A DNA stretch of 64,000 bases from NCBI RefSeq assembly GCF_006345805.1, contig NC_043005.1, positions 3,596,001-3,660,000 on the forward strand, given 5' to 3'. Positions within the stretch are counted from its first letter, which is position 1; each line of letters begins with the position of its first letter. The position numbers and the translations under genes are program-made. The notes beneath the pieces are model-generated. The model ran no database searches. It had not been told where the DNA came from and worked only from the letters and a program-made list of their open reading frames with translations. Source of the DNA: Octopus sinensis (Eukaryota). Of the stretch, positions 11,651 to 23,936 are shown piece after piece.

Positions 11651-11809
11651 CACGGAGTGGTTGGCGTTAGGAAGGGCATCCAGCTGTAGAAACATTGCCA
11701 GATCTGACTGGGCCTGGCGCAGCCTTCCAGCTTCACAGACCCCAGTTGAACCGTCCAACCCATGCCAGCATGGAGAACGGACGTTAAACGATGATGATGA
11801 TGATGATGA

Positions 11810-14800
11810 ATTGCCATGGTCATCATCACATAAAGTGTGTTACAAATACAAGACTACAAGCTGAACGCACCAAGGCCAATAAAGAATGGAAATTCAAAGA
11901 ATGCAGAGAAGCTGATCCCCCAAACATCCTCACCAAGTAATGCCAATGTCACTATTACTGGTGAAACAGTAGGTACCATCCAACCCCCCAATTGACCATT
12001 TTACAATGGAACGCGAATGGTATAATGCGAGAGGTTAACCTCCTGGAAGAGTGGAATGTCGGCATTGCCTGCATACAAGAAACTAAGCTGGTACCGACTG
12101 ACACCCTCCCCAGATTGAGAAAGTACATAGAAGTACGTCAAGATAGAGAAAGGGGAGGGGGTCTGTTCACTTTTATCAAAAAACAACTCCCCTATGCAGT
12201 CACGTCGAAGAAGGTTCACGTCGCCGGTCTTGAAGAACTTCATGTGAAGGTCCCGATACCAAATGATGAGAATGTTACAGTATCAAATCTTTACCTCCCC
12301 CACCCAAGCAACTCCCCCCCCTACCTTCATCGTCTCCAATACAAAGAGGATGAAATCCCAATTCCAATCGAGCTGATATCAACGCTTATGGTCCGCCGTG
12401 GGACAACCATGCTCACACCGATGAACGAGGTCGCCTGCTGGCAGAGAGAGTGATGGACGAGAACGGGGCTTTTATAAATGATGGCACACCAACAAGGCAA
12501 GACCCAGCAACGGGCAGTTTTTCATCGCCTGATATAACCATTGTTCACGAAGCCCAGGTAGAGATGTGTGCATGGGAGACATTGAACCATCTTATCATCG
12601 GACCATAAACCTATAATTATAACAATCGGGTTCCCCACTGCGTTGAATGAAGGAACAAAAACGACTTGTTTGGGATTGGAAGACAGGAAATGTTGAGGCA
12701 TTTAAGATTGATACAGATGAGGAGTTCAAAGACTGTCCTGCGGAAAGACCAAGCAAACTTAGTGACGAGGTGAGGCTGTTTAATGAACGCATCTTAAAAT
12801 CAGCGAGGAAAACGATTGGCTTGAAGGCAGTTGGGATGTCAAATGAGTGCTGGAGAATGCGGGAAATTGCCAAAGCAGAAAAAGAAAGGGATGTCATCCG
12901 CGAAAGAGTGGGGATTCACACGGACGAGTTACAGGAGCAAGATGAGAAATTGAAAGGGTTGATCAAAGAAAGAAAGATGGAGATTTGGCAAAGGAAGGTA
13001 ACATCTATGAAAGGAACAACACAAATGTGGAGAGTTCTGCGCAGTCTGACCAACCCACGTAGAGAAGACCCAGCAGGAATAATCACAAAGGGAGACAAAA
13101 AGTATGTTACTCGTCTTGAGAAGGCGAATGTCTGCAAGTTCCCTCAAGATTGCCAAAGAAGACAGAGGCATGAAAGGTGTAACAAATGGTTTTCCCCGTA
13201 AGCACCAAGATGACTCCAAAATAAGCAAAGAGTTCACTAAAAGCGAGGTCGCAGCTGCAATCAATAGTCTGAATCCTTCCAAAGCAGCGGGTCCAGATTA
13301 TATCCACCCACGCCTTCTGCACCACATTGGGAGCAATGCCCTAAAAGCTCTAACAGACATCTACAACAAGTCCTGGGCCTCACTCCAAGTCCCGCAGGAA
13401 TGGCGCAATGCAGACATATGGCCTATGCTCAAACCGGGGAAAAACCCGAACCAATTTTCCAGTTATAGGCCGATCTCGCTTACCTCAGTGGTGGGCAAGG
13501 TGATGGAGTGTCTCGTGTGCAATAGATTGCGGTACATCATAGAAAGTAACAGGCTCTTAACCGAAGATCAAGCAGGTTTTAGGCCGAGAAGGAGGACCGA
13601 AGATCAACTCCTCAGATTGTCCCAGACGATTAATGATGGCTTCCAACAGAAACCAATAGCAAGAATGGTGATGGGGTTGATTGATGGGGTTCGGCGGGAT
13701 GCTTTAATCAATAAGATGGCAAAGAAGGGAATTCCAATACATATCATCAGATGGACCCACGCGTGGCTGGCAAACAGAATGAACTGGGTTTCGTATGAGG
13801 GCAAGCAAAGCAAAAAGCTGGTATTCAAGCAAGGTGTACCTCAGGGTTCGGTGCTTTCTCCGCTACTTTTCCTGCTCTACATTGATGACTTAGCCGATGA
13901 AATGCAAGACCTTAACATAAGCATTTTTGCTGATGATGTGGCTTTGTGGAAACAGCACCCAAGCTTGGCTATTGCAGAAAAGGCATTACAGGGCGGGTTA
14001 AACAGATTGGCAGAGTGGAGTGCTAAGTGGAAAATGACAATTTCCGTCCCAAAGTCAGAATGTACCTTCTTCTCGACCAACTCACATGAAGCAAGCTGGA
14101 GACCAAACCTTGAGCTAGAAGGCAACCAGTTGAGTTATAACCCAACCCCAGAGTTTCTCGGGGTCACTTACGACCGCCAACTCACCATTACCGCCCATAC
14201 AAACATTGTTTGCAACAACGTGAAGCGACGGGCCGCAGCTGTGCGCAGATTGGCAAATACAGATTGAGGATATGATAAGGAAACTCTTCAAGCTGCCTAT
14301 ATCACAGCAGGAAGATCCATTATTGAGTATGCAGTGCTGGCTTGGACACCTTGGATCTCGAACACAGCCATGAAGAAATTGGAGGCGAGCCAGCGGTATG
14401 CTGGTCGGGCAATTACTGACCACATGCACACCACACCACGGGAGGCGATCTTGGCCGAAGCAAACCTAGCTCTGATTGCAACTCGTGCAACCCAGCTAAG
14501 CGTTATCGGCCTGGAGAAGTCGTATTGAGTCGGCCAAGATAACCCTCGCCAGTTAATTGCAGAAAGGGAAATTCAACAGCGAACGAAGAAGAAGGGTTGG
14601 AGAGAGAAAGCCAAGGAAGCATGGTCCTCCCTATTCAGGGAAAGCAAGCCGCAAAAGCTACCAGATTTGCTGCCACCATGGTTGGAGATTGGGAACCCGG
14701 TGTTTGAAATAGAAGGGGAGAAGTCAACCAATAGCGAGAAAGATCACCGGAACGCCATCACTAGATTGAACAAAGACTGGGTGGAGTTTGACTCGACAAG

Positions 14801-15650
14801 CTACAAGGATGGGTCAACGTCATCAGAAAATCAAAACGGAGGAGGCGGTGTCATCACCACACCGGGTCGACTGTCAGAGCCGAGAATAGTTTCAGCAATG
14901 AGCCTGCCAGCAGGAAAATGGTTCTCTTTGTACCAAGCGGAGATGAAAGCCATGAAGCAAGCCTTGAACCTTTTAATCGATGGTTGCAGTGGAAAGAAGG
15001 TCCGAATTGTTAGCGACAGCAAGGCAATGCTCCTGAGGCTGAAGAGCTTGGACCCCTCCAGTCCCTTACAAGATGGTGATGAAAGAGAAGTTGTTAAGTT
15101 ACTCCACACTCTTCATCAACAAGAATGCGACCTGACGTTCATTTGGTGCCCCAGTCATCGCAGGATCGTAGGGAATGAGCTGGTGGATGAGAAAGCGAAA
15201 GAGGGACCTGAACAAGATCAAGAGGGGGAAGATTGGCATTATGCAGCAGCAAAGGCGGCTATCAAACGATCGATAAAAAACCCTCCAATGCAGCATGAAC
15301 GGTTGCGAAAGGTTTCTGGTGAAAGAGGAGAAAAGCCCAATCGCATCGAGGAACGACGGTTGACTCGTAAAGAACAAGTCACGCTTAGCAGAATGCGAAG
15401 CGACCACCATCCGGATTTGAGAAGCTGGCAGCGCAAGATTGGAAGAATTGAGGACCCTATTTGATGCAATTGCAAAATGGGTTAAGAAACGGGAGAACAT
15501 GTGATGTTGGAGTGCCCAGCTATCCATCCGTCGATCCGCGGTCAGCTGACGGACCCTGAGGCGATTGCGAAGGAGACCAGACTGGCACTCAAGGTGTGGG
15601 AGAAATGGCTGAAGATGGGGAGCAGCACTAACCAACTATACAGCCAGTAG
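11810..15650 (+). pseudogene. Ingi-like ORF remainder: end of PHD4, APE, RT, RNase H, CCHC
   Basis: NCHGHHHIKC..W.FKEC; TILQWNANG, CIQETKL, NDGTPT, SDHKP; YRPISLTS, QGSVLSP, YIDD, FLGV; DGS, AEMKA, SDSKA, WCPSH..IVGNELVD; C-x2-C-x8-H-x4-C (decayed) near 15462-15515. TAG at 15648-15650. Confidence 0.88.
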
Positions 15651-16084
15651 TTGCTAAACAGCAACAACAACAACATCAGCATCCTCAGTTACACTTAGGG
15701 ATGATTGAAGTTTTCCTTTATGGTATCACATTGCAGCTTATATTAATGTTGTTTTTTTATAAATATATATATATATATACACACACCTATATATATGTAC
15801 ACACATCTATATGAGTATATAGATATACATTGATACATGTTTAATATGCGCACATGTCTTTCTAGATAGATATGTGCCACTCAGTCCAAAAGTTGAACCC
15901 ATGATCTAGTGGTCATGAGTGCAACACCCACACCACCTGACCACACACCTTCACCTTATATATGTGTGTGTTTTTTTGTTAGAATAAAAACAATTTTACA
16001 TTAAACTGAATGATTACTCAGTATTCATAGAGTACACATTTTTTAAAAAAAACAAAGAAAGAATGGTAATAGAGTTAAAACTTT

Positions 16085-16125
16085 CAGTCTGATGAAGGCA
16101 AGCAGCCGAGACTTCGAAGTCACTG
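16085..16125 (+). ncRNA. Minimal type I hammerhead ribozyme motif (one core substitution)
   Basis: Stem I CAGT/ACTG, CTGATGA, stem II GGC/GCC, GAGA instead of GAAA, palindromic stem III ACTTCGAAGT, GTC cleavage triplet. Confidence 0.7.
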
Positions 16126-16595
16126 TCACCATTCCTGTGAAAAAATCTGTGTGTGCATTCATGTTACACTGCATGATAATTGTAGATAAATATCAGTGTC
16201 ATGTGATTTCCAGTCTTCCCTGAAAACATGTCTGGAAGGGAAAATATTACTTTGTTTGGGAATAGGTGAGAGTTGGTGGCAAAAAAGGGAACCTGGCTGA
16301 AGAAAATCTGCCCCAATAAATTCTGACCAATCCTTACAAACAGGGAAAAGTGGACACTGTAATATCCACTTTTCCATGCATGTACAGGTCAGTTGTGGGG
16401 GCAGAATTTCTACTGTGGCTGGATGCCCTTCCAGTCACCAACCGTCATCTGTTCCCAAGCAAGATTATATTTCCCCATACCCAGACATGCTTTCCATGGA
16501 AGATTGGAAATGAACAGCATCGCTTGTATGATGGGGATGCTTGTTAACAGCCCATGCATTTCTGCCCTATTTTCCTGTTCACACAAAGACAAGAG

Positions 16596-16627
<32 letters not shown>

Positions 16628-19192
16628 GCAAATTAGCAGCCGTTGTAAGTGTTGAGCATATAAACAGACTGGCTTCTTGTTTCTCTGGGATTGGCCAAAT
16701 TGATGTAGATGCGTCTGGTGAGAATCCCATAAGATTCAAATTTCATTTAAACCAGCCAGGTCCAACCAAATATTCTACAAGTTTTATGTTCAAACTATCA
16801 AGATCTGGCCTCTCACACATCCTCTACATTGTCATTCTAAAAGTAAACAATCACATCAAAATCAAATAGAAATTGTAGTTGAGCTCCCTGTGCCGGTGGC
16901 ACACAAAAAGCACCATTCGAACGTGGCCAATGCCAGCACCGCCTTGACTGGCTCCCATGCCAGTGGCATGTAAAAAGCATCATCCAATCATGGTCGATGC
17001 CAGCCCCCTCTGGCCCCTGTACCAGTGGCATGTAAAAAGCACCATCCGGTCGTGGTCAATGCCAGCCTCCTCTGGCCCCTGTGCTGGTAGCACCAAAAAG
17101 AGCACCCACTACACTCTCGGAGTGGTTGGCATTAGGAAGGGCATCCAGCTCTAGAAACACTAACAATGTGAAATCTGAATGCCAAAGGTTTAAAAGATGG
17201 TTCATCATTTTTTTGTTTTGTTTTGTTTTTCACTCTGCAGAAAAACAGCCAAATGAACCGTTTGTAGAGGTAGGAGATAAGTTACATATGTATATACAAC
17301 AGCTTCCACATAGTTTTTTTTTTTTTTGCCTGTGAAATCCATTCAGAATGGTTTGGCTAATGCAGGGCTGCAGTTAAAGACACTTGTCCTTGGTGGGTCA
17401 CAGCAGAACTAAACCAAAAGCCAAGTGGTTGGGAAGGAAACTTCTTAACGAAACAGCTCTTTGCAGTCTGAGATCAAACCTACTGAGGTCAATCTTGCTT
17501 TTCATCTTTTCAGGGGTGGGACATCCATAAAGTCTAAGAAATTAGAATGGCAGAATGGTTAGAATCTCAGCAAAGATGCTTAGCAACAAGCAACGTCTGT
17601 TGTGATTCCTTGCTTTCTAGGTTATAATGATAGTCCAGATTAAACAGCTGGTCACATTAAACCTGCAATAGGTTAGCTTGGATGGGTTGGCATATGACCA
17701 ATATAGAAGAACCTAGCAACAGCATGCTGAGGCTTTCATCCAGTTCCAAACTAAAAACAGCTGAATGGAAAAGACCATTAAATACTTTGATGATGATGAT
17801 GGTGAAGTTTTTTAACACATAAAGCATGACAGGCCACGATCATGGCCCAGATAGATGCATTTAATTTATGAGCGTATGTTGGGGTCTAATGTCACTCAAA
17901 CACTCTGATACCCCCCAGAATGCAAGAGGACTAATAGTTTAACTAAAGACTTTTCAGATGATCTAAAACTTTCCATCATTAAATACTAAGAAGATATTTT
18001 AACTACTGTTTTTGTTTTTTATGTGTGCGTGGTAGTCTCATTTTCATAAAATGTGCTCAGCAGTCCATGCTATGTAAAGTCCCAGCACTTTATCAGTTAA
18101 CATAATAACAAAAGCTTCAAATTTTGTAGGGAGTGGCTAGTCTATTAGATCAAGCTCTGGAAGATGTCCGGTACTTATATTTCATTGGCCCAGGGAGGAT
18201 GAAAGGCAAAATTGACTCAAAAAAGATTTATACATCACATCTGAAGGGTTGCAACTATTGACAGCTCAGCATTTGTTGTAGTCTCTTCTCATTTGACATT
18301 TGACAATTAAGCTTAGAAATGTTTGTGTGCCACTGGTGCCACGTGCACTCTGTAAAATGATTGGCATCAGGAAGGGCATCCAGCTGTAGAAACCATGTTA
18401 AAACAGACCACTGGAGCCTGGTTCTGCTGTTGGCCTTGCTAGCATGGAAAATGGATATTACAAGATGATTCTGATGATAATGAGGAAGATGATGATGATG
18501 ATGATAACAATAAAAATCAATAACTTAAAATATGTTCTGTTTTATATCTGATAATCAGCTGGCTCAATCATTGTCAATATGACAAAGAAATTGCTAACCA
18601 AATTCCACAAGCTAATAGAAAACAGAACATTGGAACTGTAGCCCTTTCCAACTACAGATTTGGCAAAAAACAAAAACAATGGACATCAAATGAGTTTTTT
18701 CTCAAAGAAACGTATATACTTTTGATCCCTCCAACTCTTACAATACAAGTATTTTTTTGTTTTCAACTGAATCCTCTCACAATCAAACAGACTTTGTAAT
18801 GTTCATGAAGTGTTGTTGAAGCTTTTTTTTTTGTTTTTTTTTGTTTTTTTTTGGTCTTTTTTTGTTGTTTTGTTTTTTTTTCAATATTTGGGATTTCCAT
18901 CTGAAAATAGGAATGTTCCTCGCACAAGAAATAAATTAATATAATAATCAAATTATAATTAAATATAAAATAAAATATTTACTTACAATAATAATGAGTA
19001 TCAATGAATTTTTTTTTTTTTTTTACCTAATTTTTGGAACTGGAGCTGGGGTTACGTATGAATTTTCAAATAAACAACTGGTCCTAATTTGTGTGGGTCT
19101 GAATTTATATAATACATCTGAGCCTCTCAGTATGATCAATGAAACTCTGAGTCTATCAACATGTGTGTGTGTGTATGTACATATATATATAC

Positions 19193-19224
<32 letters not shown>

Positions 19225-20346
19225 CACACACACACACAAAATGTGTGCATGTATATATGTAGATAAATAGATAGATACACAAGGTATGTGTGTCTAAGCC
19301 TATTTAATCCAATTATGACCTCTCCGTCTGAAATAGATCTGGACAGCGATATAATCAATGTGTGCAAGTTTTATTGTTTTGTTGCACTCTATCAACATGT
19401 GTATATACGTATACACAAGCTTTATGTGTGAGTGTATATGTTTATATTGTGTCATGTCAATCGAGAGTATTTATTTGGGGACAAATAAGCCAGGACAACC
19501 TGTCACTGTATTGGGTCATTAGGGAGTAACCTGTTGTCCCAGCCAGGTTACCCTAGGAGAGAAGGGTTGTTAGAAACCAAGCAGGGCAAAACAAGGTCAA
19601 AGGGATAGATGAACCCACTCTAAGGTCAACAACCATCTAGCAATTGTGTGAAAATTTAGAAACACCAAGTGGTGTTCAGTGTACCCTAAAATCAATAGGA
19701 TTGTGCCCACTCCACTGGCTCTCAATAAAGCACGTTTCAAGGAGGGGGTTACTCTATTGTAAAACCTGAGCAATGCTGTTTGAAGAGAGTGGCACATGAG
19801 AGCTATTTCTATTTTTCTGTCGTGAAAATCCCTCAGCAGCTCAGTACTGGAATTGTATTTAACTATTGAGCCTTCATACATTGAATTGGACAGGATAGGC
19901 CACCATTAAATATGTGTGTATACTATATAGCCTCACTGTGTATTAAATAAGAATGTAAACATTCCTTCTACACTATTGATGTAAAGAAAAACAATGAGGG
20001 GGAGTTTCCTGACTGACTGCTTCAAGTTGAACACTCTTCAGAGAAGTAACCCCGTTTTCTTAGTCAATGGCAGAGATCAGCTGCTTATAAAGTAATCATA
20101 GATTAGGCTAGCACATTAGTGGATAGCTTAATTGCATATTTGTGCTTTTGACAGCTCATCATCAAATATTTATCTTCAAAACAGTGTAAACCAGGACCGA
20201 AATAAATTACAAAGCCTCACTGTGAGTTAAATAAGAACATAAACAGATTGCTGTTGATGTGTGGATAATGAGGATCTGTTGGTCACTCCGCAGAGAAGAC
20301 ATACTTGGTTTCTGTCCTCAATCAGTAGCATGCACATATATATATA

Positions 20347-20378
<32 letters not shown>

Positions 20379-22860
20379 CACACACACATGCAATTTTAAT
20401 ACAAATGTAAGTGATCAAAGATCTGTCACTTTGAATCAGAGGCAAATCCCTTCATAATATCATCATTCAGAAATATCTATCAAAGACTGACTGACCCTTC
20501 TGTCTTCAGGGATGAGGGGTAAAGAAATAGCCGTTCTTACCTGCATTCCTTTGCCAAAGACAGTAAAAACAAGTGCCAATGAAAAAGAATGGTAAAAGCA
20601 AATGTTGGAACTGGACTGTTGAGGAAGCAAAAGTCGCTGCAAGCTGAAAGTTCCACTCGTATTGGCAACATCACTGATTGTCACAGCCAGTGGTTTTAAA
20701 AGCCAACCATTGTAAGACTGGTCCTAAATCTAACTTAGAAAGTTATGAGCTATATCAAATAAGTTCACCTAATTCAATGCCTTGTTTAATTATAACCAAC
20801 AGATTCAGAAAACATGATAAAAATAATTGTTAATAGAAGTAACAAGATCCCTAAAGATTTTTTTTTTTTTGCATAATTAACCCTTAGAATACAATTAGAT
20901 TGGGCTATCACTTAGAAGTTATAAAAGAGGTAGAGCTGATCCCTTTAAAAATGTATAAATTCTTTCTTTGTTGAATAGGTAAATTGTGGATAGGATGACC
21001 TTCATGTAAGAGCCACCAGCACGTGGCTCCGGACTAAGGATTCCAGCTGACCAAGCCTGCCCACGTCTCCTGGTTTACCACCTCTACTGGACTTCACCAT
21101 GTGTGTGTATGCAGTGTATTGGAAATGTGTATATTCATGTGTGTGAATATATATGTGTAGATATGTGTTTGTCATGTCTGGACACATTTGTATTTATCCA
21201 AGAGCAATATTGGTTTCCATTTTGGCACAAGGCCAGCAATTTTGCAGAAGAGGGATTAAGTCAATTACATCAACCCCAGTGCTCAACTGGTACTCCAAAA
21301 GGATGAAGGGCAAAGTTGACCTTGGCAGCATTTGAACGATTCTGCCATCTTGCTCCCTTAGACCCAAGTACAATATTAAGCTTATATACGCATGAACTGT
21401 GTGTGTGTGTATAGACACATATATGCATGTACACACACACACACCTACATATGTGCTGGAGGCCATTGTATCTACACATTGTTTAGGAGGAGGTCAGTGT
21501 AAAAAAAAAATGCAGTTGACAAATAAGTAGAAAATAATATTTAGTTGTCAGTTTTGAAAATGTGTGTGAGTGTTCAAATCCCATGCTAGTTCTATGTTTG
21601 GATCCTCCCCCAACCCCACTCAACATGAACTAAAATTAAATGCTACAGAAAGGACTAACTTAATCTGGGTCTGGTAATGGTCAGAATTCGTGAAATTAGT
21701 TTTTCTAAAGGATTTGTTTATAGCACCTATCATAAAATCATGTGTGTGTGTGTGTGTGTGTGGAAATAAATACATACTTAACAAAATAATAATTAATAAT
21801 AATAATAAGGGATTGGAAAAATAAGATAAAAATGAAGAATGTTGCTGTAAACCCTTAGGAATCTTCATGAGTCTATGGGAAAAAATTTTGTCCCTTTTTT
21901 TTTTGGTTTTGTTTGGAGCAACAACTAAAAAGAATAACAAAATAAACAAGTTAAAATGAAAAAAAAAACACAAAAGACAAACGAAAACAAAAAGGTCATT
22001 AGTGTTTGAATTATACAAGATGGGAAAAAATAATAATTATAATAATAATAGTAATAATAATAATAACAACAATATGATATCACATTCTGTCTTACATAGG
22101 TTTGAACCGGCAACAGCATGGTCAACATTTTAGTATCATGTCTCTGCCCGGAACTTGACCAATATGGAGAAAAACCCACCCACCCCCATTGTATAATGTT
22201 CGTATCATCTCCATGTGTCCTCCATGTCCAGAGTCTTTCATCTAATTTCATTCTTAAACACCACCACCCCCGGCTCCCCTCCACTGCTGCCAAACACCAG
22301 ACTGACCGTTCACCCAAACACCAGCTTGACCACTCACCCACTGAGAGGGTGGAGCGGAGGTGGAGAGAGAGAGAGAGATGATGTAGAAGGAAAGAAAGAG
22401 AAAAGGTCTAAGAAAATAATTACAAAGGCTCTTTGAATAATTTACTTTCCATTCACACAGGTTTATGGCGAGAAGGGAGTCTGGGAGAGAGAGTGGGAAG
22501 AAGAAAAGGACGACAAAAACAAGGGGGCAGGTGGACCCCCACACTCACCCACCCCCACCCATAAAAGCAGTCATTCAGTGTTTGGCATTTCCTTTCCTCC
22601 TGAAATTCCATCTGGATTAATTAATTAATTAAAAATTAAAAAAACAAAATCTTTATACACTCACACATGCATTCTTACAAGCAGTCAGTCGGCGAATGAA
22701 AGACATATTTTAGGCGCTGCATTTGTTGGTTTCTTCTTCTTCTTCTTCATTTTCCACTCCCCTCTTCCTCCTCTTCACAATGCAGCAAGTTTCAGTTCTC
22801 CAGTGACAGTTGACTGTCAGTACTGTGTTGGTGCTATGCATTTAGTAGGTTCAGTTATAT

Positions 22861-22982
22861 ATATGTGTGTGTGTGTATATATATATATACATATATATAT
22901 ATTACATATACATATATTTTTATATATAATTATGTATATATATATATATATATATTATATATAATTATGTATATTTATATAT

Positions 22983-23026
<44 letters not shown>

Positions 23027-23410
23027 TTATATGTAATTATATATATATATTAAATTTTTATATACAATCATATATATATTTGTGTGTATAAATATAGATG
23101 TGTATGCATATATAAGTGGATGGGTTATATATACATATATGTATGTAATTATATTATCTATATTTATACACACATACAAACATATTATACACACATATAA
23201 GTATATGTGTATGCATGTATAGATATATGTAATTATATATATTTGGGTTTATGCACATGTGTGTAAGTATGAGTTATATATACAAATATACATACGTGTA
23301 TGTGTATATATATAATCTGTGTGTATACATGTTTATGTGTCCGTGTGTGTATGTGTATAAATATTTGTGTATTTGATGTATAAATATCTATGTACACGTG
23401 TGTTTATACA
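22861..23410. repeat. Compound (TA)n/(TG)n/(TATG)n low-complexity tract downstream of the RNF11 stop
   Basis: Directly visible degenerate dinucleotide repeats. Confidence 0.9.
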
Positions 23411-23761
23411 TGTGTGTGCATGTTCTGTAAGTGTATATACTTCCTTTGAAGTGGTGCCTCTTGGTACTGCCCTACTCCCAAATCAAAACAGACTGGTTGA
23501 TTTCATGTGGGCCCATGCTTGTCTTCAGATGCACCGAGATCAAGAGTTGAGGATCCATGTAGGAGACACCAACAGAACTCCGAATCTATGCATGTCAGTA
23601 TTTATGTGTGTTGTGAGTGAGAGACAGAGAGAAAGAGTGAGCATATTGTGTGCGTGTCTTTGTGGCGTCTTCAATGTTTACAAGGATGTGTGAGAGAGAA
23701 AATAAAATACCAATGAACCCAACAATACAAAAAAAAAGAACAGACAACAGTCAACAGCAGT

Positions 23762-23936
23762 TCACTGATTGGTCTCATAGGTCGTCAGTAAAGCAGCATC
23801 AACTGGTTCCATACACGAAGGACAGGTGAAGGATCGCATCAACCAGTCGTCGATGCAGTCTCTATGGTAAGTGTGCATACAAGGAAGATAACGTAATGCA
23901 TCACCGATATTGAATTCTACCATGCATATCACGCAC
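23762..23936 (-). CDS. RNF11: RING finger protein 11, last coding exon (RING-H2)
   Basis: Acceptor ttctattttccag|, phase 2. (E)CVICMVEFNIGDALRYLPCMHTYHRDCIDDWLMRSFTCPSCMEPVDAALLTTYETNQ*, near-identical to the human RNF11 C-terminus. Confidence 0.96.

Larger units (their letters stand above)
8588..11809 (+). mobile_element. 5'-truncated RTE-clade LINE nested in the Ingi-like element
   Basis: APE remnant (ISAYAPQ, GDFNGHVG, QIDYIL, QHRLVV), RT (YRGIKLL, DMEKAFD, QGSVLSP, YADD, FRYLG), RLRWYGHV C-terminus, 3' UTR with tandem repeats and a (GAT)n tail. The 5' junction is uncertain by about 10 nt. Confidence 0.92.
7748..15675 (+). mobile_element. Full-length, decayed Ingi-like (I-group) non-LTR retrotransposon, interrupted by an RTE
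   Basis: 13-bp TSD TCAGCATCCTCAG at 7735-7747 and 15676-15688, (CAA)n tail. Order: HDV-like ribozyme, 2A, PHD fingers, APE, RT (YIDD), RNase H, CCHC. Clade call rests on this architecture, not on a tree. Confidence 0.88.

Noticed and set aside
8201-15635. Minus-strand ORFs of 80-234 aa over the LINEs (e.g. 9963-10319, 11054-11758, 15099-15635)
   Set aside because: These are antisense shadows of LINE coding or UTR sequence with no independent motifs.
7050-23700. An INK4/CDKN2-like ankyrin gene expected from vertebrate synteny
   Set aside because: No ankyrin-like exon was recognised by eye. A TBLASTN search would be needed to exclude it.
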